Assembly (NCBI GenBank): GCA_001785865.1
Contig: MFUZ01000008.1
Location: 1 to 46,343 of the forward strand
Reading direction: 5' to 3'
DNA: 46,343 nucleotides
From: Candidatus Nomurabacteria bacterium RIFCSPLOWO2_01_FULL_41_18
GTDB taxonomy: Bacteria; Patescibacteriota; Minisyncoccia; Phycocordibacterales; UBA9973
In this document: positions 16,891 to 25,926 of the stretch, one piece after another
Layout of the letters: each line of letters opens with the position of its first letter
Numbering within the stretch: the first letter of the stretch is position 1
Notes under the pieces: generated by a model
Database searches by the model: none
What the model was told of the DNA's origin: nothing
Seen by the model: only the letters and a program-made list of their open reading frames with translations
Position numbers and translations under genes: made by a program

Positions 16891-19137
16891 ATGAAATATA
16901 TATTTGCCATTATCGGCAGTGTGGTGATAAGCGTGGCTGTAGTTTCATTTTTTCTAAACCTTAAACAAATTGACGACGAGCGTACGACGCTCTCGATCAA
17001 TCTAGAACAGCGAGCTTCCCTTTTAGCCGACAGTTTAAAAGAATCAGTCGAGCCTTCTTATGCAAATTCTTCTTCAGAGGGAACTCTCCGAACATCTCTC
17101 CAAAAAACCGTGGACAAATTCGCCAATCGGGAAAGATTAGCGGGAATTGCTTTGTACGACAACAAAGGAGCACTTCTGGCCACTTCTTCTGGATTGCCAA
17201 AAACTATAATTGAAAATACAAAGTCGGTTTCGGAAGCGATGGACAGCGATAAAACAACAAACGAATTTATCGACGCCGATGGAGAATCACGATACGTATT
17301 TATCGACCCGCTTCACAAGGATGAAAGCATCGTAGGCGCGCTCATGATCGTGCAGAATGCTGGATATATAAATAAAACTATCGGAGAAATATGGCGGGGC
17401 AATCTGCTAAAACTGATGGCCCAAATAATAATATTTTCAACTACCATTTTTATTATTCTAAGATTTTTTGTTTTTCAACAAGTTGTCCGCCTAGTGGATT
17501 CTATAAAAAAAGTCCGCTTGGGAGGAAAAGGTGGGAGTTTAGAAGGAGCAGACAAATATTCTTTCTTTACGCCGCTTGCTAAAGAAATTACCCATATCAC
17601 CAGAAGCTTATCCGAGGCGCGGTTATCGGCTAAGGAAGAAGCTCGGATGCGTTTGGAAAAATTAGACACTCCTTGGACATCTGGGCGCTTGTCCGAATTC
17701 ATAAAGGCCCTGTTAAAAGATCGTCCTGTGTTTGTGGTATCAAATCGCGAGCCTTATGAACATTATACCGACTCTAAAGGTAAAATAAATTATCGTGTTC
17801 CCGCGGGCGGAGTCGTCACCGCCTTAGAGCCGATAATGGAAGCTTGCAACGGCACTTGGATAGCTTGGGGCAGCGGAAATGCTGATAAACTAGTCGTAGA
17901 TAAAGATAATAAGATCAAAGTTCCCATTGTCGAACCAAAATATACTCTAAAAAGAGTCTGGATATCTGAAAAAGAAGCAAATGGTTATTACAAGGGTTTT
18001 TCGAATGAAGCCATTGTCCCCTTGTGTCTCTTGGCGCATGTGCGTCCCTTATTTAGAAAAGAGGATTGGCAAGAATACAAGAAAGTGAACGGCATATTCG
18101 CCAGAAACGTACTCGCCGAAATAAAAAATATCCAGAACCCACTTATTTTGGTGCAAGATTTTCATTTAGCGCTTTTACCACAGATGATCAAGAAGAGCCG
18201 GCCGGATGCCCAAGTGGGAATATTTTGGCATATGCCCTGGCCTAGCCCAGAAGCATTCAGCGTCTGTCCGTGGCGTAAAGAAATATTGCAAGGGATGCTG
18301 AGTGCCGACATTGTAGGTTTTCATATCCAACAGTACTGCAATAACTTTATAAATACTGTCGCTAAAGAATTGGAATCCTTGTGTGATCTTGAGCAATTCA
18401 CGGTGACCTACCAAGAGCATACCAGCTATATCAAATCGTTCCCTATCAGTGTCGCTTTTACAGACAGTGGCAATGACACCACCTATGATACGAATCTCGG
18501 CAAGGCATATTTGGAAAAATTAGCGATAAACACCCCATATGTGGGGCTCGGTGTAGATCGGATGGATTACACAAAAGGCATACTCGAAAGATTCAAGGCA
18601 ATCGAATTCTTTTTGGAAATGCATGAAACATACAAAGAAAACTTCACATTTCTGCAGATAGCATCCCCTTCCCGCGAAAGTGTTCCTAAATTCAAGCAGT
18701 TCAGTGAAGAAGTCACGCAAGAAGCTGAACGAATCAATGAGAAATTAAAAACAAAAAGCTGGAAGCCTATCGTCCTCATCAAAGAACATCATTCGCATGA
18801 AGAACTGGGGCCCCTCTTTAAAATTGCCAATGTGTGTATGGTGACTTCGCTCCATGACGGCATGAATCTAGTAGCCAAGGAATATGTCGCTGCCAGAGAC
18901 GACGAGTCTGGAGTTTTGATCCTATCTAAATTCACCGGCGCCGTACGGGATCTGAAAGGTGCCATAATTGTAAATCCTTACAGCGCCGAGGAGACGTCAG
19001 AGGCTATTTATACTGCGTTAAATATGTCATTGCCGGAACAACATAAACGTATGAAAAAAATGAGAGAATCCGTCAAAAATTACAATATTTTCCGCTGGTC
19101 TGCAGAATTCATAAGAGCTATCACCAGCTTGAGCTAA
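16891..19137 (+). CDS. otsA: Trehalose-6-phosphate synthase (GT20) fused to N-terminal TM-extracytoplasmic-TM region
   Basis: VVSNREPY, VQDFHL, GIFWHMPWP, GVDRMDYTKGI, DGMNLVAKE after ~275-aa extension. Confidence 0.9.
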   Translation: MKYIFAIIGSVVISVAVVSFFLNLKQIDDERTTLSINLEQRASLLADSLKESVEPSYANSSSEGTLRTSLQKTVDKFANRERLAGIALYDNKGALLATSSGLPKTIIENTKSVSEAMDSDKTTNEFIDADGESRYVFIDPLHKDESIVGALMIVQNAGYINKTIGEIWRGNLLKLMAQIIIFSTTIFIILRFFVFQQVVRLVDSIKKVRLGGKGGSLEGADKYSFFTPLAKEITHITRSLSEARLSAKEEARMRLEKLDTPWTSGRLSEFIKALLKDRPVFVVSNREPYEHYTDSKGKINYRVPAGGVVTALEPIMEACNGTWIAWGSGNADKLVVDKDNKIKVPIVEPKYTLKRVWISEKEANGYYKGFSNEAIVPLCLLAHVRPLFRKEDWQEYKKVNGIFARNVLAEIKNIQNPLILVQDFHLALLPQMIKKSRPDAQVGIFWHMPWPSPEAFSVCPWRKEILQGMLSADIVGFHIQQYCNNFINTVAKELESLCDLEQFTVTYQEHTSYIKSFPISVAFTDSGNDTTYDTNLGKAYLEKLAINTPYVGLGVDRMDYTKGILERFKAIEFFLEMHETYKENFTFLQIASPSRESVPKFKQFSEEVTQEAERINEKLKTKSWKPIVLIKEHHSHEELGPLFKIANVCMVTSLHDGMNLVAKEYVAARDDESGVLILSKFTGAVRDLKGAIIVNPYSAEETSEAIYTALNMSLPEQHKRMKKMRESVKNYNIFRWSAEFIRAITSLS

Positions 19138-19140
19138 TGT

Positions 19141-19944
19141 ATGAAATATGTTCTTTCGCATTTATCTGAAATAAAAAAGATGATAGAAGAAGAAAGCGGA
19201 CCTGCATTGCTTCTAGATTTTGACGGTGTACTTTCCGCCATTGCGCCGACGCCGGCCGAAGCATTTATCTCGGAAGAAAATAAGAAGCTCGTAAAAGCAT
19301 GCGCTGAGCGTTTTCCGGTCGCCGTGATTACTGGCCGAAAACTTACAGAAATTAAAGAGAAAATAGGTATCACAGGTCTCCTGTTTGTCGCCAGCCACGG
19401 TCTAGAATGGGAAGAAAATGGCAAACATCATATTAAACCGATTCCAAAGGAGACAATTGAGGCAATCAATCTGGCGAAAGAAAAAATTAGACCTCTCATG
19501 AGTAGTTATCCGGGAATGATTTATGAAGATAAATCATTTATGTTTGCTGTTCACTATCGGATAATGAATAAAGAGTTAGTTGATGCTTTCATAAAAGAAA
19601 TAACATCGATACTTGAGCCGATTGTCAAACAACACAAACTACGTCTGGATCATAATTTGATGACCTTTGAATTACGTCCAGAGATTAATTGGGACAAGGG
19701 AGACAGCGTACTTTTTGCTAAAGAATATTTCCAAAAGAAAGGAAAAAGAAAGGAAAAACCTATACCGATTTATATCGGGGATTCGGATACCGATGAAGAT
19801 GCATTTGTTGCTCTAAAAGAAAATGGAATTACGATCCGTGTCGGTAAAACCAAAAAAAGCTCGGCAAAGTGGTATATGTCTGACCAAAAAGAAGTTGGTG
19901 TTTTTCTTAAGTGGTTATTGTCTCTACAGCTACCACCTATTTAG
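19141..19944 (+). CDS. otsB: Trehalose-6-phosphate phosphatase
   Basis: LDFDGVL, ITGR, DKG, GDSDTDEDAF HAD motifs; follows otsA. Confidence 0.9.
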   Translation: MKYVLSHLSEIKKMIEEESGPALLLDFDGVLSAIAPTPAEAFISEENKKLVKACAERFPVAVITGRKLTEIKEKIGITGLLFVASHGLEWEENGKHHIKPIPKETIEAINLAKEKIRPLMSSYPGMIYEDKSFMFAVHYRIMNKELVDAFIKEITSILEPIVKQHKLRLDHNLMTFELRPEINWDKGDSVLFAKEYFQKKGKRKEKPIPIYIGDSDTDEDAFVALKENGITIRVGKTKKSSAKWYMSDQKEVGVFLKWLLSLQLPPI

Positions 19945-20347
19945 AATCCACAATTCTCTTTCGTAAATTAGTACTAGAATGATTGTGACCACGACTGTTG
20001 TAAACAACCTTCATATCGGGAAGCAGATCTCTGGAATAATTTGGTTTGTCTTTCCAATCAGCTCCCATAAAACGAACATCTGGATTTAATTTCTTCAAGA
20101 GATTATAAAGATCAATTTCATCAGTATAAGTAATCACCTTATCCACATATTTGCATCCTTCTAAGCGGATCATTCTTTCTTCCACAGTCTCGATGGGTTT
20201 CTTTTTATCCGGCCTGTCCACCGAAGGGTCTATTTGCAATCCAACTATGAGAAAATCACATTGCTCCCTGCATTCTTTGAGCATGAGCACATGACCTGCA
20301 TGAAGTAAGTCCATAGCTCCGCATGTAAATCCAATTATCTTTTTCAT
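19937..20347 (-). CDS. Cytidylyltransferase family protein (TagD-like)
   Basis: DLLHAGH HxGH motif, HSST. Confidence 0.8.
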   Translation of the reverse strand: MKKIIGFTCGAMDLLHAGHVLMLKECREQCDFLIVGLQIDPSVDRPDKKKPIETVEERMIRLEGCKYVDKVITYTDEIDLYNLLKKLNPDVRFMGADWKDKPNYSRDLLPDMKVVYNSRGHNHSSTNLRKRIVDSK

Positions 20348-20361
20348 AGTATTTATTTAAA

Positions 20362-21096
20362 TTATATAATTATTTTATTTATTGCGACCAGTGTTTCATC
20401 TGGACCAGAAACTTGAAGGGTGTCACAAACTCCTAAAACCGTGTCGTCATTGCCACCTGGAAACAATGCGTCACCTATATAAATGCATTCAGCTATATTC
20501 CAACTCATTTTTTTAACGAATTCATTCACGTTATACCCCTTGTTCATCCCCTTTTGAACATAATCAAAAGTGGTCGTGCCTCCGATTTTGACTTCCACAA
20601 AATTTGACACCAGTGGATGTTCCGCGAGCAACTTCTTCCGCTTTTTCCAATCAGGGTCAAATGCTTCTTTCTTCTCAACATTTTCGTGATGCCCCAACAA
20701 AGAGTATGAGATTTGCGAACCCCTATCTTCGATCAAATCATTTTCATCTGTAACCGGCCATGTGCGTGGTAACAATGCAATATGATCCATAATTTCTTTT
20801 TTTTGTTCTTTGGAAAGTTCTTTTCTCCAAAATTCCTCTCCAGTAACAATATCAAGTGCATGATTGCCACTCTGGCATAGATAATAGGACGGGAAAGCAT
20901 TAGTTTGTTTCTTGATATTCTCAAGCGTCTGTCCTGAAACAATAATGACATCATGTTTTTGTTTGAGCAATATAAGTACTGAAGTCATCTCGGGTGTAAT
21001 AATAGATTTGGCACGCGTAACAGTGCCGTCCATATCAAAAAAGACATGTTTGTATTTTTTTTCATCCAAATCTTGAACTGTTGCAAAATGCTTCAT
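20362..21096 (-). CDS. HAD-IIB hydrolase, phosphomannomutase-like
   Basis: FDMDGTV, GGTTTFD, IGDALFPGGND motifs. Confidence 0.8.
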   Translation of the reverse strand: MKHFATVQDLDEKKYKHVFFDMDGTVTRAKSIITPEMTSVLILLKQKHDVIIVSGQTLENIKKQTNAFPSYYLCQSGNHALDIVTGEEFWRKELSKEQKKEIMDHIALLPRTWPVTDENDLIEDRGSQISYSLLGHHENVEKKEAFDPDWKKRKKLLAEHPLVSNFVEVKIGGTTTFDYVQKGMNKGYNVNEFVKKMSWNIAECIYIGDALFPGGNDDTVLGVCDTLQVSGPDETLVAINKIII

Positions 21097-21112
21097 AAAT
21101 TTAGTTATGAAG

Positions 21113-22777
21113 TTATTTTTTATCTCCGGATGCGCAAGCTTTTATAAAAGCAGAGAAAAGAGGGTGCGGATCGAGTGGACGTGCCAAGAATTCCGGATGA
21201 AATTGCGTGCCCAAGAAAAAAGGATGTCCGCTTTTTGGCAATTCGGCGATTTCCATCAAATTGCCGTCCGGAGAGCGTCCGGAAAAAACCAAACCAGCTT
21301 TTTCTAACTCGGCAATGAATGACGGATTCACTTCATAGCGATGCCTGTGCCTCTCTGATATTTCATTTTTCCCGTAGCTCTCATTTGCTATAGTGCCATC
21401 ACTCAAGACAGCTTTGTATGCCCCGAGTCTCATGGACCCGCCATATAAATTATTTTTTAAATTATCCTTTTGTGATTCCATAATATCTATCACCATATTT
21501 TTTGAATCAGGATTCACTTCTCTGGTGTTCGCGTCTTTCAGTCCTAGAACATTCCGAGCATATTCTATTACCATCATCTGCATACCATAACATAGCCCGA
21601 AATAAGGAATTTTATTCTCACGAGCAAACTTCACGACTTTCAGATTTCCTTCCACCCCTCTCGCCCCGAATCCGCCTGGCAGGACTATGCCATCGTATGC
21701 CTTGAGCTCTTCCAGCTTTAGGGGAGACTTTTCATAATCAACAGAATTTAGCCAAGAGAAAATGGGTTTTTTATTCTGTGCATAACAAGAATATTTTATT
21801 GCCTCAATAACTGAAAGATAAGAATCAGATAACATAAAATCACCCGTTTCAAAATATTTTCCAATCATGGCAATTTTTAAAGTATCTTTGCCGTTGTGCG
21901 CTTGATCTGCAAAATTCTTCCATTTATCCCAAGATGTTGTATCAGGCTTTTGGCAAACTACATCCATTAGTTCACAAAGCTTGTCTGATAATTTTTCTTT
22001 TTCAAAATTAAGCGGTATATCATAAATGCTATCAACATCAGGGGCAGAAAATACCCTACTGGCCGGCATATTGCAAAATATGGAAAGTTTTTCTCTTCGC
22101 TTGGAATCAAGACTGGTCTCTCCTCTTGCTAGAAGCACATCGGGTTGTATACCTGAAGCGTTCAGTGCTCGCACAGCATGCTGTGTCGGCTTGGTTTTCA
22201 TCTCACCAATTTTTGAAGGTGTGGGTAAATAAGAAACCATAACAAAAAACACATCTTCCGGATTTTCAATTTTCATCATTCGAGCTGCCTCCAAGAAAAG
22301 AATATTTTCATACTCGCCGACAGTACCGCCGATCTCTATTACAACTACATCAGCTTTGGCATTGATGCTTGCTTCTTTTATGCGTTTTATAACTTCAAGT
22401 GGAATATCTGGAACAACCTGCACGCATTTACCCTTATATTCCAAATTGCGCTCCTTGTTTATGACACTCTGATACACACGCCCTGTAGTCATATAATTGA
22501 CTTTGGTCAGATTGAGTTCGAGAAATCTTTCATAATTACCCATATCCTGATCAGTTTCGTCTCCATCGGTCAGCACAAAAACTTCCCCATGCTCGGTAGG
22601 ATTCATTGTGCCGGCGTCCACGTTTATATAAGGATCGATCTTTATGGCGGTAACTGTAAGGCCCCGATTCTGTAAAATGAGCCCGATGGAGGAGGTAGTA
22701 ATACCCTTCCCCACTCCGGAAATAACTCCCCCCACTACAAAAATATATTTTGTCTGTTTGGTCATATTGTCATCCAC
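21113..22777 (-). CDS. pyrG: CTP synthase
   Basis: GGVISGVGKG, GLCYGMQ, QFHPEF. Confidence 0.97.
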   Translation of the reverse strand: MDDNMTKQTKYIFVVGGVISGVGKGITTSSIGLILQNRGLTVTAIKIDPYINVDAGTMNPTEHGEVFVLTDGDETDQDMGNYERFLELNLTKVNYMTTGRVYQSVINKERNLEYKGKCVQVVPDIPLEVIKRIKEASINAKADVVVIEIGGTVGEYENILFLEAARMMKIENPEDVFFVMVSYLPTPSKIGEMKTKPTQHAVRALNASGIQPDVLLARGETSLDSKRREKLSIFCNMPASRVFSAPDVDSIYDIPLNFEKEKLSDKLCELMDVVCQKPDTTSWDKWKNFADQAHNGKDTLKIAMIGKYFETGDFMLSDSYLSVIEAIKYSCYAQNKKPIFSWLNSVDYEKSPLKLEELKAYDGIVLPGGFGARGVEGNLKVVKFARENKIPYFGLCYGMQMMVIEYARNVLGLKDANTREVNPDSKNMVIDIMESQKDNLKNNLYGGSMRLGAYKAVLSDGTIANESYGKNEISERHRHRYEVNPSFIAELEKAGLVFSGRSPDGNLMEIAELPKSGHPFFLGTQFHPEFLARPLDPHPLFSAFIKACASGDKK

Positions 22778-22781
22778 CTTA

Positions 22782-23699
22782 TCATTTATTTAAATATTTT
22801 CTGACGGCCAGGAAACTGGAAATTACACCCAAAAGTATACCTGATAATATAACAATTGCAAAAATCTGGAGTATGTTCGTAATGTAATAATCATAGATAT
22901 CGAACCCGAGAAAACTGGTCATGTTGCGCCCCAGCCATACCGTAGCGGGCCAGAAAAGGAGCAGGGTGACAAAAGTAGCGATAATGCCATAAATTGCCCC
23001 TTCGATCATAAACGGCCCTCGGACGCGCATTTTAGAAGCTCCCACGAGCCTCATAACGCCTATTTCTTCCCTCGCGATGAATATAGTCAGCCGGATAGTA
23101 TTGAATGTAATAATGATAGAAATGAACACTAGGATAAGAGTAATGAGAAAACCTAGCTTCTGCGCTCCGGATATGATGGAGTTCAGGCGATCGATCACTA
23201 TCTTATTTTGATAATAATTTACCTTATCGATTATCGATGCGGAGCCCACCACCAGCTCATTGTCGGACTTCATGAAGTTCGCAATATTTTCATATTGAGA
23301 AATTTCTTTGGCCTTGATATTCAGGTAGGCGCCGAGGGGATTGCTCCCTATTTCGTCTAGGGCGGCGATCGTAGAATAGTCATTCGCATGGCGCTCACGA
23401 AAGGACTTCAAATTTTCCTCGGCGCTCACATAGGAAACATTGGCTACTTCAGGCAATTTTTCCAGGGAAGATTTGAAAAGCATGATCTGGTCTTCGCTCG
23501 CCCCTACCGTAAAATAAATTGTCACATCCACTTTGTCTTTGATGATATTGAGTGAAGAATATAAAACAGTCTGCAACAAGATGATAGAAGTGATGAAAGA
23601 AAGCGTAATAGTCACTATCAGCACTGCCGCAAAAGAAATCAGCCCTCCTCGGGTAAAATTGATAAATCCGGCTTTTATAATTCTTTTTAATTCAGTCAT
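22782..23699 (-). CDS. ftsX: Cell division permease FtsX
   Basis: TIRLTI..REEIGVMRLVGA motif; follows ftsE. Confidence 0.9.
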   Translation of the reverse strand: MTELKRIIKAGFINFTRGGLISFAAVLIVTITLSFITSIILLQTVLYSSLNIIKDKVDVTIYFTVGASEDQIMLFKSSLEKLPEVANVSYVSAEENLKSFRERHANDYSTIAALDEIGSNPLGAYLNIKAKEISQYENIANFMKSDNELVVGSASIIDKVNYYQNKIVIDRLNSIISGAQKLGFLITLILVFISIIITFNTIRLTIFIAREEIGVMRLVGASKMRVRGPFMIEGAIYGIIATFVTLLLFWPATVWLGRNMTSFLGFDIYDYYITNILQIFAIVILSGILLGVISSFLAVRKYLNK

Positions 23700-23724
23700 A
23701 AATTAGATTCTTGTTGATATTATA

Positions 23725-24393
23725 TCACTTATTGTGTTTGGTATCGCGAATAATTTTGCCGTTTTCCATCGTTATCACTCTTTTGTTGATCGAATCGATC
23801 ACTCCTCGGTTGTGAGTGGCCAGGATTACTGTCGTACCGAGATCATTTATTTTCTTCAAGATCTGCACGATCTCGTGTGTATTTATCGGATCGAGGTTGC
23901 CGGTCGGTTCGTCTGCGATGATGACCTCGGGCTGATTGATGATCGCCCGGGCGATCGCCAGCCTTTGCTGTTCACCTCCAGACATCTGGTTTGGAAAATG
24001 AAAAAGGCGATGGCCGAGATCAACCAGCTCGAGCACGTGCGGCACATCGGAGGCTATCTCTTCATCCGTCTTGCCGACGGCTTCCATAGCAAAAGCTATG
24101 TTTTCGTATGCGGTCTTATTTTGCAATAGTTTGAAATCTTGAAATACCACCCCGATACGCCTCCGAAGCTTGGTCAGTTCCTTGCTTTTCAATTTGTGAA
24201 TATCAATTGATTCAAATAGGACTGTCCCTTCAGTCGGAGTGGCATCCGCGAGGATCATCTTGGTGAGAGTGGTCTTGCCTGCGCCTGAATGACCGACGAT
24301 AGACACAAATTCCCCTGCGACAATGGTCAAAGTCACATCGTCCAAGGCCAAACCATCCCTATAAGCTTTTGAAACGTTGTTGAAGTAAATCAT
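23725..24393 (-). CDS. ftsE: Cell division ATP-binding protein FtsE
   Basis: GHSGAGKT, MSGGEQQR, ADEPTGNLD. Confidence 0.9.
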   Translation of the reverse strand: MIYFNNVSKAYRDGLALDDVTLTIVAGEFVSIVGHSGAGKTTLTKMILADATPTEGTVLFESIDIHKLKSKELTKLRRRIGVVFQDFKLLQNKTAYENIAFAMEAVGKTDEEIASDVPHVLELVDLGHRLFHFPNQMSGGEQQRLAIARAIINQPEVIIADEPTGNLDPINTHEIVQILKKINDLGTTVILATHNRGVIDSINKRVITMENGKIIRDTKHNK

Positions 24394-24501
24394 CCCGTTA
24401 CGAAATAAACGCGGACACTAGAGTGACGCATCTATTTTTATTATTACTAAAATTTATTAATAAGGTCATATATGTTATATGTGTCCGCGATTTCGTACGG
24501 G
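24394..24501 (-). mobile_element. TIR miniature element E4 (108 bp) abutting ftsE start codon
   Basis: CCCGTACGAAAT...ATTTCGTAACGGG-ATG; subterminal CGCGGACAC/GTGTCCGCG inverted repeat; no clean duplication. Confidence 0.8.
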
Positions 24502-24502
24502 A

Positions 24503-24763
24503 TTATCCCGTACAGAACAGGAAGCGCTTTAATCGTTGCTTGAGATACAATTTGCCCCTTCCTGACTTCAAATACAATTCTCGGTTCCTTGCGTCATGCT
24601 CATCCAAACACGCTTCATAGTATATTATCTTAAAGGGGCCTCGTCCTTTTGTATATAGAGATTTACCCTCAGTATGTTCTTTGAAGCGCTTCCGCAAGTC
24701 ATTTGTGTAACCTGTATAAAACTTACCGCTTTTCTTACTTTTTAATATATAAGTATAAAACAT
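24503..24763 (-). CDS. Small GIY-YIG nuclease ending in a TIR
   Basis: FYTYILKS...FYTGYT, RE..LKSG; last codons TGT ACG GGA TAA come from the TIR. Confidence 0.85.
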   Translation of the reverse strand: MFYTYILKSKKSGKFYTGYTNDLRKRFKEHTEGKSLYTKGRGPFKIIYYEACLDEHDARNRELYLKSGRGKLYLKQRLKRFLFCTG

Positions 24764-24790
24764 GGCAAGTTCTGTTTGGGAGCACCTCTC

Positions 24791-24823
24791 TATTATATCA
24801 TGGTTCGGAATTACTCACCATGA
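24791..24823 (-). repeat. 33-bp hairpin repeat carrying a -10 box, copy 1
   Basis: TCATGGTGAG-N6-CGAACCATGA-TATAATA; differs from 38447-38479 only in the 6-nt loop. Confidence 0.75.
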
Positions 24824-24872
24824 CCTTAAAAATTTATCTATTGAAGAGTCACAAATCCTTCTCTGCCTCAAT

Positions 24873-24940
24873 CCCGTACAAAGCAGGTCGCCCCAAGGTG
24901 ACCGTAGCACTCGCTAGACGCGAGGGCGGCTTCGTACGGG
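24873..24940 (-). mobile_element. TIR miniature element E5 (68 bp) in the 3' end of prfB
   Basis: ATTGAT-CCCGTACGAAGC...GCTTTGTACGGG-ATTGAG; displaced tail IEAEKDL* at 24849-24872. Confidence 0.8.
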
Positions 24941-25864
24941 ATCAATGAAGATACCTATGTCCCCATCCAAAACTGCATCTACATTGCTGGTTTCCGCCTC
25001 TGTCCGGTGATCTTTGACCATTTTATATGGGTGCATTACATAAGAGCGTATCTGGTTCCCCCATTCTATTTCTGTGTTTTTTAATTTCATACTCTCTTCT
25101 ATGCTCTTTTTTTCTTCTTGGGCTTTTTTGAATATTTTTGCGCGCAAAATAGAAAGCGCTTGTTGCCTATTTTGCTCTTGGCTGCGTTCACCAGAAGCAT
25201 GAACAGAAATATTGCTTGGTATGTGTATAATTCTGACAGCCGTTTCTCTTTTATTCACATTTTGCCCTCCGGGGCCAGACGAACGGGCAAATTCTATTTT
25301 TAAATCTGCGTCAGGTATTACAAAATCTTTCTCATCTAGTTTCCCAAACTTCGGCAGAACTTCGACCAAAGCAAAAGAGGTATGACGCTTTGCATTCGCA
25401 TTAAATGGTGAAACACGCACAAGTCTATGCACCCCAGATTCATTTTTCAACATCCCATAAGCACCCGATTTCTCTCCACCCTCTCCTTTCAGGAGAGGGC
25501 CACGGGTGAGGTTCTTTATCTCAAAAGAAACATTTCTATATCCATTATGATCATTTTTATGCTCATGAATAAAATTAATTCCCCAACCTTTTTTATCAGC
25601 ATATTTCATATACATAGAGAGAAGCATCCCTGCGAAATCTTCCGCATCGTCTCCTCCTGCACCGGAGATAATAGTCATCACAGCATTGCCTTTGTCATAT
25701 TTTCGCGGGCCGACATTACCCTCTTTTTGGTTTTTAAGTTCAGCAAGTTCTCGTAACACATTTTGTGCCTTGTTTTTGTCATTCCAAAAGTCCGGACTTA
25801 TCATTTCCTCTTCCAGGCGTTTTATTTGCTCTTCTATTGTGTTTTTGTCTTCCCCTTTATCCAT
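24914..25864 (-). CDS. prfB: Peptide chain release factor 2
   Basis: SPF tripeptide, GGQ motif, WGNQIRSY; short N-terminus, no frameshift site seen. Confidence 0.95.
   Translation of the reverse strand: MDKGEDKNTIEEQIKRLEEEMISPDFWNDKNKAQNVLRELAELKNQKEGNVGPRKYDKGNAVMTIISGAGGDDAEDFAGMLLSMYMKYADKKGWGINFIHEHKNDHNGYRNVSFEIKNLTRGPLLKGEGGEKSGAYGMLKNESGVHRLVRVSPFNANAKRHTSFALVEVLPKFGKLDEKDFVIPDADLKIEFARSSGPGGQNVNKRETAVRIIHIPSNISVHASGERSQEQNRQQALSILRAKIFKKAQEEKKSIEESMKLKNTEIEWGNQIRSYVMHPYKMVKDHRTEAETSNVDAVLDGDIGIFIDPVRSRPRV
25479..25511 (-). repeat. CCCTCTCCT/AGGAGAGGG palindrome inserted in frame in prfB
   Basis: Same family as 43183-43217 and 44557-44592; encodes LTRGPLLKGEG. Confidence 0.75.
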
Positions 25865-25900
25865 AATTACATTTTAGCATACTTGCCCGCCTCTCTGAGG

Positions 25901-25918
25901 TACGTAATCGATTACGTA
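25901..25918. promoter_or_regulatory. Perfect 18-bp palindrome TACGTAATCGATTACGTA
   Basis: Related to arrays at 26469-26492 and 30311-30346. Confidence 0.55.
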
Positions 25919-25926
25919 TAAAATAA

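Noticed and set aside
25901-25918. TACGTA as the recognition site of the island methylase
   Set aside because: Nothing in the sequence gives the enzyme's specificity; clustered tandem spacing fits an operator better.
25865-25926. Programmed +1 frameshift segment of prfB
   Set aside because: No CTTTGAC site and only 62 bp to the upstream gene; the gene appears to start at 25864 without a frameshift.
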